Positions 1 to 12,265 of a stretch of 64,000 nucleotides of DNA are shown in pieces (the first letter of the stretch is position 1; each line of letters starts with the position of its first letter). Below the pieces are notes generated by a model, which was not told the DNA's origin, did no database searches, and saw nothing but the letters and a program-made list of their open reading frames with translations. The position numbers and the translations under genes were made by a program. Origin of the DNA: Gammaproteobacteria bacterium. Its GTDB lineage: Bacteria; Pseudomonadota; Gammaproteobacteria; UWMA-0217. The DNA lies in NCBI GenBank assembly GCA_027081275.1, contig JALWKV010000152.1:6820-70819 (forward strand). The letters run 5' to 3'.

Positions 1-1
1 G

Positions 2-577
2 GTGCTCGCCGGCGGCTCGACGCCAAAGGTCGCCTACGCCCAACTGGCCGAGACGACGCAGCAGTGGGAAAAATGGTCGCTCTACTACGGCGACGAACGC
101 TGCCTGCCGCCGGGCGATCCCGAGCGCAACAGCCACATGGTCATCGAAACCGGGCTGGCGCATCGCGCCGGCCGGCATTTCCCCATCCCCGCCGAACGCG
201 GCCCACAGCAGGGCGCAGCCGAATATGCGCCGCTGGTGGATGCCGCCCGACCGTTCGACATGGTGCTGCTCGGCATGGGCGAGGACGGCCACACCGCCAG
301 CCTCTTCCCCGGCCACCCGCTAGATGATGCGCAGGCCTCCGTCATCCCCGTTCACGATGCCCCCAAACCGCCGCCCGATCGCATCTCCCTCACCGCGACG
401 GCATTGCAGGACAGCACGGAGATCATCGTCATCGTCACCGGCAAGGAAAAGGCCGACGCCCTGCGCCGCTGGCTCGACGGCGAAGCGCTGCCCATCGCAC
501 AGGTTACCGCCGGCGCAATAGGCCGCGTCAGCGTCGTCACCGACCAGCGGGAGGTGCTGGAGACGTTTTCGATATGA
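2..577 (+). CDS. pgl: 6-phosphogluconolactonase, C-terminal part (5' end lies outside the window)
   Basis: ORF translation matches the Pgl family (…GGSTPKVAY…GDERCLP…GMGEDGHTASLFPG…). Stop at 575-577. Confidence 0.8.
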   Translation: MLAGGSTPKVAYAQLAETTQQWEKWSLYYGDERCLPPGDPERNSHMVIETGLAHRAGRHFPIPAERGPQQGAAEYAPLVDAARPFDMVLLGMGEDGHTASLFPGHPLDDAQASVIPVHDAPKPPPDRISLTATALQDSTEIIVIVTGKEKADALRRWLDGEALPIAQVTAGAIGRVSVVTDQREVLETFSI

Positions 578-604
578 CATCGTTGGCAGGGATAACGATA
601 AATT

Positions 605-870
605 CGGTAACTACTCAGCGCCCAGCCCGCTGCCGTGCGCCCCTACCCGAGAGTAATGGCGTCACCACGAAGCACCGTTGTTGAATCCCCCTCGGTCCCC
701 CTTTCGCGAAAGGGGGAAGAAAAGGCCTCCCTTGACGAAGGGAGGTTTGGAGGGATGAATACCTCGGCGTCGGAGCCGGCAGCGTGTCCTGTCACGTAGT
801 CAGGGCATAAGTTACTTGGAAGCTGGTTCACAAACTCGCCTGTAACTGCTCAGATTGCCCCTGAAATCCG
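605..870. repeat. Repeat family A copy A1 (~230-260 bp structured intergenic repeat with several hairpins)
   Basis: Near-identical to 41058-41262 and partly to 37852-37938 and 4663-4725. Shared strings include taactactcagcgcc, ggcgtcaccacgaagcaccgttg, gaagggaggtttggagggatgaa and aagttacttggaagc. Confidence 0.5.
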
Positions 871-1479
871 CGGGAATGTCGCGTGGAATGCGGGGTGCTG
901 CCCGATCAGCGCGAGTGCATCGTGCAGCAGTGTCTTGCCCGGTTCGGTCACATGCCAGGTGGAGGCGCCGGAGGGGTGGGGCAGCGGGATCACGTCGATG
1001 GTCCTGTCGTGGGAAGCGATCTGGTGTTTTTCTCCGATCACCTCGCGCAGTGTCTTGAAATCGAGAAAGCGGCCGATGGCCAGTTTGCCGACGGGGATGA
1101 TCAGCTCGGGCCGGAGAATGTCGATTTCGCCGTCGAGCCATTTTGCGCAGCGTTCGATCTCGTCGGCGTCGGGGACGCGATCGCCGCCGCGCGGTTTCTT
1201 GCCGGGAAAGCAGCGGCAGACGGCGCTCATGTAGACGCGGCTGCGAAATTGCCTTTCATCGACGCCGATCGTTTCGAACCAGCGGAACAGGGTCTTGCCG
1301 GCGGTCCAGGCGAAGGGGCGATGGACCTCGATCTCCTTTTCTCCCGGCGCCTGTCCGACCAGCAGTATTTTCGCCGCCACCGGCTCGCCGTGGACCGGTG
1401 GGCCGTGCATCTTCGGGCAGGCGTGGCAGGTTTCCAGTGCGTGCTGCAGCTGGCGCAGTTTGCGAGTGGTCGCGTCCAA
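850..1479 (-). CDS. Uracil-DNA glycosylase, family 4 (Fe-S type). Probable TTG start at 1479.
   Basis: Motifs ETCHACP…GEPVAAKILLVGQAPGEKE…HPSGAS are typical of family-4 UDG. There is no in-frame ATG upstream of the Cys motif. The upstream gene stops at 1487. Confidence 0.65.
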   Translation of the reverse strand: MDATTRKLRQLQHALETCHACPKMHGPPVHGEPVAAKILLVGQAPGEKEIEVHRPFAWTAGKTLFRWFETIGVDERQFRSRVYMSAVCRCFPGKKPRGGDRVPDADEIERCAKWLDGEIDILRPELIIPVGKLAIGRFLDFKTLREVIGEKHQIASHDRTIDVIPLPHPSGASTWHVTEPGKTLLHDALALIGQHPAFHATFPRISGAI

Positions 1480-1486
1480 GCCGAAA

Positions 1487-2164
1487 TTATCCGCTGGATT
1501 TCTGTCGGGCCGCTTTCTCGATGACCGCCATCTGCGGTTCGGCGAAGGCGGTGGAGCGGCCCTGCTGCCGCAGCCTGTCCAGCAGCGCGGCGGCGTCGTC
1601 GCGAATGACGGCGCACTGCTCGGGGGTGAAGATCTCGAGGGCCTGTTCCAGCAGCGCGACGTGTTCGGACAGCAGCGTGGCGGCGAGTTCTTCCGCCTCG
1701 ATCGGAGACTGCTCGCTGACGATGTCGGCGAGCAGCGGGTTGCCGAGCAGGGTGTAGTGCATGGCGCGGGCATTGTCTTCCTCTTCCAGCATGGCGAGGG
1801 CGGCCGGATCGTTCTGCGCGTTCTTGTAGATGGCCTGCATCATCGGCGCCATCAGCTTCTGGATCGCATCGTGGATCGGCTCCAGTTCGCCCGGCAGCGT
1901 CGCGCTGGACTCGAAGGCCTGGTCGAGCCGCGACTTGAGGTCGAGCACGTCCTGCGTTTCCGCCTGGGGCTCCAGCGCGGCGATGTCCTGCACCAGCTTT
2001 TCGAAATCGGCGATGAAGGCGTTGTAGTCCTGCTCGTCGGCCTCGCGCGCCGCGGCGACGGTTTCTGCGGTGACGCTGTCGAAATCGTCGAACAGTGGAT
2101 TGTTGTGCTTGCGCTTGAGGTGGCGTTCACGCGCGCCCGGGCGGGCGCTCCAGAGGATGCTCAT
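1487..2164 (-). CDS. Hypothetical acidic, helical protein
   Basis: 225-aa ORF with an ATG preceded by aggaaa at the RBS distance. I could not assign a family. Confidence 0.5.
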   Translation of the reverse strand: MSILWSARPGARERHLKRKHNNPLFDDFDSVTAETVAAAREADEQDYNAFIADFEKLVQDIAALEPQAETQDVLDLKSRLDQAFESSATLPGELEPIHDAIQKLMAPMMQAIYKNAQNDPAALAMLEEEDNARAMHYTLLGNPLLADIVSEQSPIEAEELAATLLSEHVALLEQALEIFTPEQCAVIRDDAAALLDRLRQQGRSTAFAEPQMAVIEKAARQKSSG

Positions 2165-2192
2165 CTACTTTTTCCTGTTTCCAATTCATGCT

Positions 2193-2252
2193 GGTGCATA
2201 AAATGCATCCTACGCCTTTGGATCGGGTGTAGGGTGCATTCCATGCACCGAC
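2193..2252. repeat. REP-like palindromic element pair (family C), two units in inverted orientation
   Basis: ggtgcataaaatgcatcctac and gtagggtgcattccatgcaccgac. Each unit is an internal palindrome GGTGCAT-N3-ATGCACC. Related copies at 8834-8894 and 31140-31163. Confidence 0.45.
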
Positions 2253-2274
2253 CGGGCCTTGCGACAATCCTCCG

Positions 2275-2910
2275 TCACGGTGCGAGCCGGACGATGTCCC
2301 ACCCATTCTTGGTGCGCCGATATTCGAAGCGGTCGTGCAGGCGGTTGGGTCGGCCCTGCCAGAATTCGACCTTTTCCGGGACGACGCGAAAACCGCCCCA
2401 GAAGTCGGGCAGCGGCACCTTGCCGCTTCTGAATTTCCGCTTCATTTCATCGAGCTTCATGTCGAGTATCTTGCGGCTGGTGATGACCTCGCTCTGGTTC
2501 GACACCCAGGCGCCGAGCTGGCTTCCGTGGGGACGGGTCAGAAAATATCGCATCGACTCGGCCGTCGATATTTTCTCCGCCCGGCCGCTGATTTCAATCT
2601 GCCGTTCCAGTTCGGTCCACGGAAACAGTAGGCAGACGTTGGGGTTGCCGTCGATCTCCCGCGCCTTCTGGCTGCCGTAGTTGGTGAAGAAGACGAAGCC
2701 CTTTTGGTCGAAGGTTTTCAGCAGCACGGTGCGCAGCGAGGGCTTGCAGTCGGCTGAGACCGTCGCCAGCGTCATGGCGTTGGGGTCGGTGATGCCGGCG
2801 CGGCTGGCCTGCTCGAACCACTTTTCGAACTGGCTGACCGGATTGGCCGCGAGATCGTCGCGGTGGAGGCCGCCGCGGTTGTATTCGCGGCGGTAGTCGC
2901 TGATGTCCAT
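2275..2910 (-). CDS. pdxH: Pyridoxamine 5'-phosphate oxidase
   Basis: MDISDYRREY…FWQGRPNRLHDRFEYRR…VRLAP is canonical PdxH. ATG at 2908-2910. Confidence 0.9.
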   Translation of the reverse strand: MDISDYRREYNRGGLHRDDLAANPVSQFEKWFEQASRAGITDPNAMTLATVSADCKPSLRTVLLKTFDQKGFVFFTNYGSQKAREIDGNPNVCLLFPWTELERQIEISGRAEKISTAESMRYFLTRPHGSQLGAWVSNQSEVITSRKILDMKLDEMKRKFRSGKVPLPDFWGGFRVVPEKVEFWQGRPNRLHDRFEYRRTKNGWDIVRLAP

Positions 2911-2923
2911 TGCAGCGCGCCGC

Positions 2924-4725
<1,802 letters not shown>

Positions 4726-4889
4726 CAGTTCAAGGCAGAATCGCACCGCCATCCATGGCTCCTTGCGAAATACAGTCCATCCATGGACATAAATGTGAGT
4801 TTACAAATGTAAATGACCATTTTCGAACGCAGAAATGGCGGGCTTCAGGAGTGAGCTGGGCAGTTACGCGGTATGTTAAGCTTTTTTGC

Positions 4890-5372
4890 ATGAGATGGCC
4901 CGACGTTTGTCATATTTGCGAAAGCCCTCGCCCGGGGAGTTTTTCCGCGCTGATGGAGATGTACGAGCAGAACTACATCCGCCTGCGCTGCCTCTGTCCG
5001 GACATTCGTGCCCTGACGGGGCACCATGTGTCGCGCGTGCCGGGGGCGCACGACCTGCATCTGATGGTGCAGGAGCAGGCGCGCCACACCACGACGCTCA
5101 AGCTCACCTACATGATGGACAGCGGCGAGCTGCGTCCGGACGTGATGCTGCGCATCTATCACGACGCCCTCCAGGCCGAGGTGCTGAGCCGGCGCTGCCA
5201 GCTCAACGGCGTGGTCATGCAGGCCGAGCGCAGTCCTACCCAGGCGGCGCTGGCCTGTCGCTGGAAGATCAATCGCTTCCTCTACAAGTGGCTCAACTAT
5301 GTGGGCCGGCAGGGACATGGCTTTCGCGATGCCGTGTCGCAGGACTGCGTCTGCGATCTCTGCGAAGCCTGA
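4890..5372 (+). CDS. DUF1249 (YqiB-like) family protein
   Basis: …SFSALMEMYEQNYIRLRCLCPDI… aligns with the E. coli YqiB N-terminal region. The start could instead be the ATG at 4952. Confidence 0.6.
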   Translation: MRWPDVCHICESPRPGSFSALMEMYEQNYIRLRCLCPDIRALTGHHVSRVPGAHDLHLMVQEQARHTTTLKLTYMMDSGELRPDVMLRIYHDALQAEVLSRRCQLNGVVMQAERSPTQAALACRWKINRFLYKWLNYVGRQGHGFRDAVSQDCVCDLCEA

Positions 5373-5406
5373 TGAAGTCCGATAGCGGAACCGGAGAGTA
5401 GAAACG

Positions 5407-6102
5407 ATGCCTGAAATCCTCGTTACCGGCGCCAACCGCGGCATCGGCCTGGAGCTGGCCCGGCAGTACGCCGCCGACGGTTGGCGCGTCAATGCCTGCT
5501 GCCGCGATCCCGAGGGCGCCGGCGAGCTGCGCTCGCTCGCCGCCTCGGCCGATGGCCGGATCGTGCTGCACCGGCTGGACGTGACCGACGATGACCAGAT
5601 CGCCGCGCTGGCCGCTCGTCTCAATGGCCGGCCGATCGACATCCTGTTCAACAACGCCGGCGTCTACGGCCAGGTCGACGCCTGGTTCGGCAACACGCGC
5701 CGTGACGACTGGCTGGCGGCGCTGAACGTCAACACCATCTCGCCGATGAAGGTGATGGAGGCGCTGGTGGACAACGTCGCCGACAGCGAGCTGAAGCTCA
5801 TCGCCACGCTCAGCAGCAAGATGGGCAGCATGGCCGACAACCGCTCCGGCGGCAGCTACGTCTATCGCTCCACCAAGGCGGGGCTCAACGCCGTCATGGT
5901 CAGCGCCGCCCACGACCTGAAACCGCGCGGCATCACCGCGGTCATACTCCATCCCGGCTGGGTGCGCACCGACATGGGCGGCCCGAACGGGGAGATCTCG
6001 GCCGCCGAGTCGGTTGCGGCGATGCGCCGCACGCTGTCGCGCGTCGGCCCGGAGGATGCCGGCAGCTTCTATGAGATCGACGGCTCGATCATCCCGTGGT
6101 GA
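5407..6102 (+). CDS. Short-chain dehydrogenase/reductase (SDR) family oxidoreductase
   Basis: TGANRGIG Rossmann motif and a YRSTK catalytic motif. RBS ggagag precedes the ATG. Confidence 0.8.
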   Translation: MPEILVTGANRGIGLELARQYAADGWRVNACCRDPEGAGELRSLAASADGRIVLHRLDVTDDDQIAALAARLNGRPIDILFNNAGVYGQVDAWFGNTRRDDWLAALNVNTISPMKVMEALVDNVADSELKLIATLSSKMGSMADNRSGGSYVYRSTKAGLNAVMVSAAHDLKPRGITAVILHPGWVRTDMGGPNGEISAAESVAAMRRTLSRVGPEDAGSFYEIDGSIIPW

Positions 6103-6203
6103 GCCTGTTCCGAGGACAGAAATCAACCTTTTCGGGGGCGGGTGGCATCAGGCCGGAGACAAGCGGTAGCGCGGCTTGCGGGAATATCAGAAAAAACTGA
6201 TAT

Positions 6204-6240
6204 TTATTCTTGACTATTTTGCTCGGGTATTGGTAGACTC
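6204..6240 (+). promoter_or_regulatory. Putative iscR promoter (-35 TTGACT at 6210-6215, -10 TAGACT at 6234-6239) overlapped by an IscR type-1-like box
   Basis: ATTCTTGACTATTTTGCTCGGGTAT resembles the type-1 IscR motif ATASYYGACTRWWWYAGTCRRSTAT with about two mismatches. It lies ~60 bp upstream of iscR. Confidence 0.45.
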
Positions 6241-6296
6241 GATCCAGATATCACCCAGGATGGTCTGGGTGAACGTACTACCCAAGGAGTAGAATC

Positions 6297-6773
6297 ATGA
6301 AGCTTTCAACCAAAGGTCGTTATGCCGTAACGGCAATGATGGATCTGGCGATCCACGATCGCGAAGGCCCGGTCACCCTGGCGGAGATTTCGCAGACCCA
6401 GGGCATTTCGCTCTCTTATCTCGAACAACTTTTCGCCAAGCTGCGCAAGCGCGGACTGGTCGAAGGCGTGCGCGGCCCCGGCGGCGGCTACCGTCTGGCG
6501 CGGATGCCCAACCGCATAACCGTAGCGGAAATAATCACCGCAGTCGACGAGAACGTCGATGTCATGCGCTGCCACGGTGACGGCAACTGTCAGGACGGCG
6601 AGCGCTGCCTTACCCATGAGCTGTGGCAGGAGCTGAGCCAGCGCTTGTACGAGTTTCTCGACGGCATTACGCTGGATCAGTTCGTCGAGCGGCCCGAGAT
6701 CCGCGAGATCGCGCGGCGGCAGGACGAGGAATCCAAGCGCATGAACTTCGTCTTCCCGCGTCCCGCAGCCTGA
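6297..6773 (+). CDS. iscR: Fe-S cluster assembly transcriptional regulator IscR
   Basis: [18 protein letters not shown]… Rrf2 family with C92/C98/C104-type cysteine ligands. It is the first gene of the isc operon. Confidence 0.9.
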   Translation: MKLSTKGRYAVTAMMDLAIHDREGPVTLAEISQTQGISLSYLEQLFAKLRKRGLVEGVRGPGGGYRLARMPNRITVAEIITAVDENVDVMRCHGDGNCQDGERCLTHELWQELSQRLYEFLDGITLDQFVERPEIREIARRQDEESKRMNFVFPRPAA

Positions 6774-6790
6774 GTAACCGGAGAAACACC

Positions 6791-8011
6791 ATGTCCGTAA
6801 AACTCCCGATTTATCTGGATTACAGCGCAACCACGCCGGTGGACGAGCGAGTCGCCGAGAAGATGAACGAGTGTCTGACCATCGACGGCGTGTTCGGTAA
6901 TCCGGCGTCGCGCAGCCATGCCTTTGGCTGGGCTGCCGACGAGCGCGTGGAGAATGCTCGCAGGCAGGTGGCGGAGCTGGTCAACGCCGATCCCAAGGAG
7001 ATCGTCTGGACCAGCGGCGCAACCGAAAGCGACAACCTTGCGATCAAGGGCGCGGCCCACTTCTATCGCAAGAAGGGACAGCACATCATCACCTGCAAGA
7101 CCGAGCACAAGGCGGTGCTCGATACCTGCCGTCATCTCGAGCGCGAGGGCTACGAGGTGACCTATCTCGACCCCGAGGAGAACGGCCTGATCGATCTGGC
7201 CAGGCTCGAGGCGGCGATCCGCGACGACACCATTCTCGTGTCGATCATGCACGTCAACAACGAGATCGGCGTCATCCAGGACATCGAGGCCATCGGCGAG
7301 CTGTGCCGCGATCGCGGCGTCATCTACCACGTCGACGCCGCCCAGAGCGCCGGCAAGGTGCCGATCGACCTGCAGCAGCTGAAGGTCGACCTGATGAGCT
7401 TTTCGGCGCACAAGATCTATGGCCCGAAGGGCGTCGGCGCGCTCTACGTGCGGCGCCGGCCGCGGGTCCGCATCGAGGCGCAGATGCATGGCGGCGGTCA
7501 CGAGCGGGGCATGCGTTCCGGTACGCTGGCGACGCACCAGTGCGTCGGCATGGGTGAAGCCTTCCGCATCGCCGGCGAGGAAATGGCGAGCGAGAACGAG
7601 CGCATCCTGACGCTGCGCAACCGCCTCTGGGACGGTTTCAAGGACATGGAAGAGGTCTACCTCAACGGTGATCTGGAACACCGCGTCGCCGGCAATCTCA
7701 ACGTCAGCTTCAACTTCGTCGAGGGCGAAAGCCTGATCATGGCGCTGAAGGATCTGGCGGTATCGAGCGGATCGGCCTGTACCTCCGCATCGCTGGAGCC
7801 GAGCTACGTGCTGCGCGCCATCGGCCGCGACGACGAGCTCGCGCATTCATCGATCCGCTTTTCCATCGGCCGGTACACGACCGCCGAGGAGATCGAATAC
7901 ACGATCACCAAGGTGCGCGATGCCATTACCAAACTCCGTGAACTGTCCCCGCTGTGGGAGATGTATCAGGATGGGGTCGATCTCAAGTCGATCCAGTGGG
8001 CGGCGCACTAG
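6791..8011 (+). CDS. iscS: Cysteine desulfurase IscS
   Basis: [18 protein letters not shown]…[12 protein letters not shown]…[19 protein letters not shown]… ends …SIQWAAH. Confidence 0.95.
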   Translation: MSVKLPIYLDYSATTPVDERVAEKMNECLTIDGVFGNPASRSHAFGWAADERVENARRQVAELVNADPKEIVWTSGATESDNLAIKGAAHFYRKKGQHIITCKTEHKAVLDTCRHLEREGYEVTYLDPEENGLIDLARLEAAIRDDTILVSIMHVNNEIGVIQDIEAIGELCRDRGVIYHVDAAQSAGKVPIDLQQLKVDLMSFSAHKIYGPKGVGALYVRRRPRVRIEAQMHGGGHERGMRSGTLATHQCVGMGEAFRIAGEEMASENERILTLRNRLWDGFKDMEEVYLNGDLEHRVAGNLNVSFNFVEGESLIMALKDLAVSSGSACTSASLEPSYVLRAIGRDDELAHSSIRFSIGRYTTAEEIEYTITKVRDAITKLRELSPLWEMYQDGVDLKSIQWAAH

Positions 8012-8069
8012 GCAGGATCAGGCCGCTCTCCGCCGGGGAGCGGCAGAACAGTTTTAGAGGTGTACGAAA

Positions 8070-8459
8070 ATGGCATACAGTGAAAAGGTAATCGATCACT
8101 ACGAGAATCCGCGCAACGTCGGCGTGCTCGACAAGGACGCCGAGGATGTGGGCACCGGCATGGTCGGCGCGCCCGCCTGCGGCGACGTGATGCGGCTGCA
8201 GATCAAGGTCAACGACGATGGCGTCATCGAGGACGCCAAGTTCAAGACCTACGGCTGCGGCAGCGCCATCGCCTCCAGCAGCCTGCTGACCGAATGGGTC
8301 AAGGGCAAGACGCTGGAAGAGGCGGCGCAGATCAAGAATTCCGACATCGCGGAAGAGCTGGCCTTGCCCCCGGTCAAGGTTCACTGCTCCGTTCTGGCGG
8401 AAGATGCGATCAAGGCGGCCATCGAGGACTATCAGGGCAAGCGCAAGCGCGACGCCTGA
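8070..8459 (+). CDS. iscU: Fe-S cluster scaffold IscU
   Basis: MAYSEKVIDHYENPRNVG…GAPACGDVM…LPPVKVHCSVLAEDAIKAAI. Confidence 0.95.
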   Translation: MAYSEKVIDHYENPRNVGVLDKDAEDVGTGMVGAPACGDVMRLQIKVNDDGVIEDAKFKTYGCGSAIASSSLLTEWVKGKTLEEAAQIKNSDIAEELALPPVKVHCSVLAEDAIKAAIEDYQGKRKRDA

Positions 8460-8486
8460 GCGGTCGGCAACGGAACGGTTCTGATC

Positions 8487-8810
8487 ATGGCGATTACATT
8501 GACCGATGCGGCCGCGGACCGCATCAAGCAGTTTCTGGAGAAACGCGGCTCCGGCCTCGGTCTGCGGCTCGGCGTCAAGACGACCGGCTGCTCCGGCATG
8601 GCCTACGTGCTCGAGTTCGTCGATGAGCTGGACGAGCACGATACCGTGTTCGAGGACAAGGGCGTCAAGATCATCGTCGATCCGAAGAGCCTGACCTATC
8701 TCGATGGCACCGAGCTGGATTTCGCCCGCGAGGGCCTCAACGAGGGGTTCAAGTTCAACAACCCCAACGAGGCCGATCGCTGCGGCTGTGGAGAAAGCTT
8801 TACCGTTTGA
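8487..8810 (+). CDS. iscA: Fe-S cluster insertion protein IscA
   Basis: …GCSGMAY…[14 protein letters not shown] is the A-type carrier signature. Confidence 0.9.
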   Translation: MAITLTDAAADRIKQFLEKRGSGLGLRLGVKTTGCSGMAYVLEFVDELDEHDTVFEDKGVKIIVDPKSLTYLDGTELDFAREGLNEGFKFNNPNEADRCGCGESFTV

Positions 8811-8833
8811 GGCTATTCTTCGCAGGCGCAGTC

Positions 8834-8894
8834 GGTGCGTGGAACGCACCCTACGCTCTCTCGAAAGGTTGTAGGGTGCATTTCATGCACCAAC
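8834..8894. repeat. REP-like palindromic pair (family C) between iscA and hscB
   Basis: ggtgcgtggaacgcaccctac and gtagggtgcatttcatgcaccaac. Confidence 0.4.
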
Positions 8895-8941
8895 GATGAT
8901 TGCAGGTGTTTTGCAATTCGATGCCAACGACTGTTATCCAA

Positions 8942-8969
8942 AGCCGGCCCGCGCCGGCTTTTTTCTTCC
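8942..8969 (+). terminator. Rho-independent terminator-like hairpin inside the isc operon, upstream of hscB
   Basis: gccggc-ccgc-gccggc followed by tttttt. Confidence 0.5.
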
Positions 8970-8987
8970 AACCCTGGCGTTCCTGTC

Positions 8988-9530
8988 ATGGCCATTGATC
9001 TTGCGAAAAACTATTTCGAACTCTTCTCGCTGCCGGTCGATTTCGATATCGATCCGGCCGAGCTTGGCGAGAGGTATCGTGCCTTGCAGCAGGATGTGCA
9101 CCCCGACCGCTTTGCCGCCGCCGACGCGCGGGCCCAGCGTATCTCGGTGCAGAGCACGACCCATCTCAATGAGGCCTACGAAACGCTGAAGGACCCGCTG
9201 CGCCGCGGCTTCTACATGCTGAAGCTTCGCGGCGCCGGTTCCGACACGCACGAGTACACGACCTCCGATGGCGCCTTTCTGATGCAGCAGCTGGAGCATC
9301 GCGAGGCGCTGGAGGAAATTCCGCGGAAGGATGACCCCTTCGAGGCGCTCGATGCGCTGCGGGACACCATCGACGCCGAGGAGCGCGAGCAGATGGCCGC
9401 TTTCCGTCGGGCCTGGGATGCGGGAGACTATGAGGCGGCGAACGACGCGCTGACGAAGGTGATGTTCATTCGCCGGCTGCAACGGCAGATCGATGAAACC
9501 GAAGAGCGGCTCGAAGACGAGCTGGACTGA
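8988..9530 (+). CDS. hscB: Co-chaperone HscB
   Basis: [22 protein letters not shown]…HPDRF has a J-domain HPD motif. Confidence 0.85.
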   Translation: MAIDLAKNYFELFSLPVDFDIDPAELGERYRALQQDVHPDRFAAADARAQRISVQSTTHLNEAYETLKDPLRRGFYMLKLRGAGSDTHEYTTSDGAFLMQQLEHREALEEIPRKDDPFEALDALRDTIDAEEREQMAAFRRAWDAGDYEAANDALTKVMFIRRLQRQIDETEERLEDELD

Positions 9531-9532
9531 CT

Positions 9533-11407
9533 ATGGCGCTACTACAGATTTCCGAACCCGGCATGTCCACCGCGCCGCACCAGCGCAGGCTGGCGGCAGG
9601 CATCGACCTCGGCACCACCAATTCGCTGGTGGCCTCGGTGCGCAGCGGCGTCGCCGAGACGCTGCCGGACGAACAGGGACGGCACCTGCTGCCGTCGGTG
9701 GTCTACTACCGCAACGATGGCCCGCCGCTGGTGGGCTACGAGGCGCTGCAGAAGGCTGACGAGGATCCGCACAACACCATCGCCTCGATCAAGCGGCTGA
9801 TGGGGCGCAGCGCGGCCGACCTCAAGACGCTGGGCGGCCAGCTTTCCTACCGCATCGCCGATACCGACAGCAATGTGCCGCGCATCGTCACCGCTGCGGG
9901 CGAGAAGACGGCCGTCGAGGTCTCCGCCGACATTCTCGCGGCGCTGAAGCGGCGCGCCGAGGAGACGCTCGGCGGTGAGCTGGAGGGGGTCGTCATCACC
10001 GTGCCGGCCTATTTCGACGACGCGCAGCGGCAGGCGACGAAGGACGCCGCCAAGCTGGCCGGGCTGAACGTGCTGCGGCTGCTCAACGAGCCGACGGCCG
10101 CCGCTGTCGCCTACGGGCTGGAGAGCGGCGACGAAGGCGTCATCGCGGTCTATGACCTCGGCGGCGGCACCTTCGATATCTCCATTCTGCGCCTGCACAA
10201 GGGCGTGTTCGAGGTGCTGGCCACCGGCGGCGATTCGGCGCTCGGCGGTGACGATCTCGACCACGCCGTGGCCGAATGGATGCTGGCGCAGGCCGGCATC
10301 GAACAGTCCGATGACCCGCAGCTGATGCGCCGTTTCCTCACCGCCGCTCGCAAGGCGAAAGAGGCGCTGACCGACAGCCCGGCGACGACGATCGAGGTCG
10401 AACTCCCCGATGGCGGCCAGTGGCGCGGCGAGCTGACGCGCGAGCGGTTCGACGAGCTGGTGCGGCCGCTGGTGAAGAAGACCGTCGGCGCCTGTCGTCG
10501 CGTGCTGCGCGACGCCGGCGTGAAGAAGGACGAGGTGCGTGAGGTGGTCATGGTCGGCGGTTCGACCCGCGTGCCGCTGGTGCGCGAGATGGTCGGCGAA
10601 TTCTTCGGGCGCGAGCCGCTGGTGAGCATCGATCCCGACAAGGTCGTGGCCGTCGGCGCGGCGATCCAGGCCGATGTGCTGGTCGGCAACAAGCCCGACG
10701 GCGAACTGCTGCTGCTCGACGTGATCCCGCTGTCGCTCGGCATCGAGACCATGGGCGGGCTGGTGGAGAAGATCATCCCGCGCAACACGACCATCCCGGT
10801 GGCGCGGGCGCAGGAGTTCACCACCTACAAGGACGGCCAGACGGCGATGGCAATCCACGTCGTCCAGGGCGAGCGGGAGCTGGTCTCGGACAACCGCTCG
10901 CTGGCCCGTTTCGAGCTGCGCGGCATCCCGCCGATGGTGGCCGGCGCGGCGCGCATTCTGGTGACCTTCCAGGTCGACGCCGACGGTCTGCTGAACGTCT
11001 CGGCGCGGGAGGAGACCAGCGGCGTCGAGGCGTCGATCACCATCAAGCCTTCGTATGGCCTGTCGGACGAGGAGATCGAGTCGATGCTGCGCGAGTCGAT
11101 GGAGCATGCGCGGGAGGACATGGAGGCGCGGATGCTGCGCGAGCAGCAGGTCGAGGCCGACCGCGTCGTCGAGGCGCTCGACGCGGCGCTGGCGAAGGAT
11201 GGCGACGAGCTGCTCTCCGCCGACGAGAAGGCCCGTATCCTAGAGGCGCGCGAGAAACTGATCGAGACCCGCAACGGCAGCGACACGGCTGCCATCAAGG
11301 ATGCCATCAAGCAAGTCGAGAAGGCCGCCGAGATCTATGTAGAGCGGCGCATGAACGCCAATATCCGCCAGGCGATGGCGGGTCACAATGTGGAAGAATT
11401 CGAGTAA
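9533..11407 (+). CDS. hscA: Fe-S protein assembly chaperone HscA (Hsp70 family)
   Basis: …[14 protein letters not shown]…DLGGGTFD…. Confidence 0.95.
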   Translation: MALLQISEPGMSTAPHQRRLAAGIDLGTTNSLVASVRSGVAETLPDEQGRHLLPSVVYYRNDGPPLVGYEALQKADEDPHNTIASIKRLMGRSAADLKTLGGQLSYRIADTDSNVPRIVTAAGEKTAVEVSADILAALKRRAEETLGGELEGVVITVPAYFDDAQRQATKDAAKLAGLNVLRLLNEPTAAAVAYGLESGDEGVIAVYDLGGGTFDISILRLHKGVFEVLATGGDSALGGDDLDHAVAEWMLAQAGIEQSDDPQLMRRFLTAARKAKEALTDSPATTIEVELPDGGQWRGELTRERFDELVRPLVKKTVGACRRVLRDAGVKKDEVREVVMVGGSTRVPLVREMVGEFFGREPLVSIDPDKVVAVGAAIQADVLVGNKPDGELLLLDVIPLSLGIETMGGLVEKIIPRNTTIPVARAQEFTTYKDGQTAMAIHVVQGERELVSDNRSLARFELRGIPPMVAGAARILVTFQVDADGLLNVSAREETSGVEASITIKPSYGLSDEEIESMLRESMEHAREDMEARMLREQQVEADRVVEALDAALAKDGDELLSADEKARILEAREKLIETRNGSDTAAIKDAIKQVEKAAEIYVERRMNANIRQAMAGHNVEEFE

Positions 11408-11414
11408 AACCGCC

Positions 11415-11753
11415 ATGCCCAAACTGATCTTTCTGCCCCACGAGAATCTTTGTCCCGAAGGCGCCGTCATCGACGCCGAGCCGGGTACGACTATCTGCGA
11501 TGCCGCGCTGGCCAACGGCATCGAAATCGAGCACGCCTGCGAGAAGTCCTGCGCCTGCACCACCTGTCACGTCTATGTGCGCGAGGGATTCGACTCGCTC
11601 AACGAGGCCAGCGACGAGGAGGAGGACATGCTCGACAAGGCATGGGGCGTCGATCCCGACTCCCGCCTCAGCTGCCAGGCGGTCGTCGACAGCGAGGATC
11701 TGGTCGTCGAGATTCCAAAGTACACGATCAACATGGTTTCCGAGAATCACTAA
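11415..11753 (+). CDS. fdx: [2Fe-2S] ferredoxin of the isc operon
   Basis: MPKLIFLPHE…CEKSCACTTCHVYV…. Confidence 0.9.
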   Translation: MPKLIFLPHENLCPEGAVIDAEPGTTICDAALANGIEIEHACEKSCACTTCHVYVREGFDSLNEASDEEEDMLDKAWGVDPDSRLSCQAVVDSEDLVVEIPKYTINMVSENH

Positions 11754-11773
11754 GAAATCACTAGAGGTGCATC

Positions 11774-11974
11774 ATGGGTCTGAAATGGACCGACACGCTG
11801 GACATCGCCATCGAGCTGGACGAAAAGCATCCCGACGTGGATCCGCTGAAGATCAATTTCGTCGACCTGCGCAACTGGGTCATCGAGCTCGACGACTTCG
11901 ACGACGACCCGGACCATTCCGGCGAGAAGATTCTGGAGGCCATTCAGATGGCCTGGATCGAGGAGCGGGAGTGA
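11774..11974 (+). CDS. iscX: Fe-S assembly protein IscX
   Basis: MGLKWTDTLDIAIELDEKHPDVDPL…. Confidence 0.85.
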   Translation: MGLKWTDTLDIAIELDEKHPDVDPLKINFVDLRNWVIELDDFDDDPDHSGEKILEAIQMAWIEERE

Positions 11975-11981
11975 CCAACCC

Positions 11982-12074
11982 TAGCCGGCATTTCTCACCA
12001 CCCTTCTTCTGCGACGTTCCAATGGCGCGCCCTTGATCCGTCTCGCTACGAACGCTGGTGAGAAATGCCGGCTA
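11982..12074. mobile_element. MITE-1 copy 1: internally deleted (~89 bp) with both terminal inverted repeats intact, flanked by TA
   Basis: TA|gccggcatttctcaccaccc…ggtgagaaatgccggc|TA. The ends match the full-length copies and ~90 bp of the centre is missing. It starts 8 nt after the iscX stop. Confidence 0.6.
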
Positions 12075-12134
12075 GCCGACGGTGCCGCGTTGCAGCCCGG
12101 GCTGCCTGCCAGTAGAATCCGCGAACCTTGCTAA

Positions 12135-12265
12135 GGACCTCTGAACAATTCATCCCTGAATTGTCAGAGGACGAAAAACGAAAAGTGCGATTTCCGTTTT
12201 TCTCACAGAATCGATCGCTTGAGGCGCTCGATTCTGGCGGCACTTGACCCACATGGATGCGGGGA
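12135..12265. repeat. Degenerate, inverted copy of repeat family B (hairpin array)
   Basis: The reverse complement, ctgtgagaaaaacggaaatcgcacttttcgtttttcgt, matches the fourth hairpin of B1/B2. It also contains palindromes cagaatcga…tcgattctg and cctctgaacaattca…tgaattgtcagagg. Confidence 0.3.
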
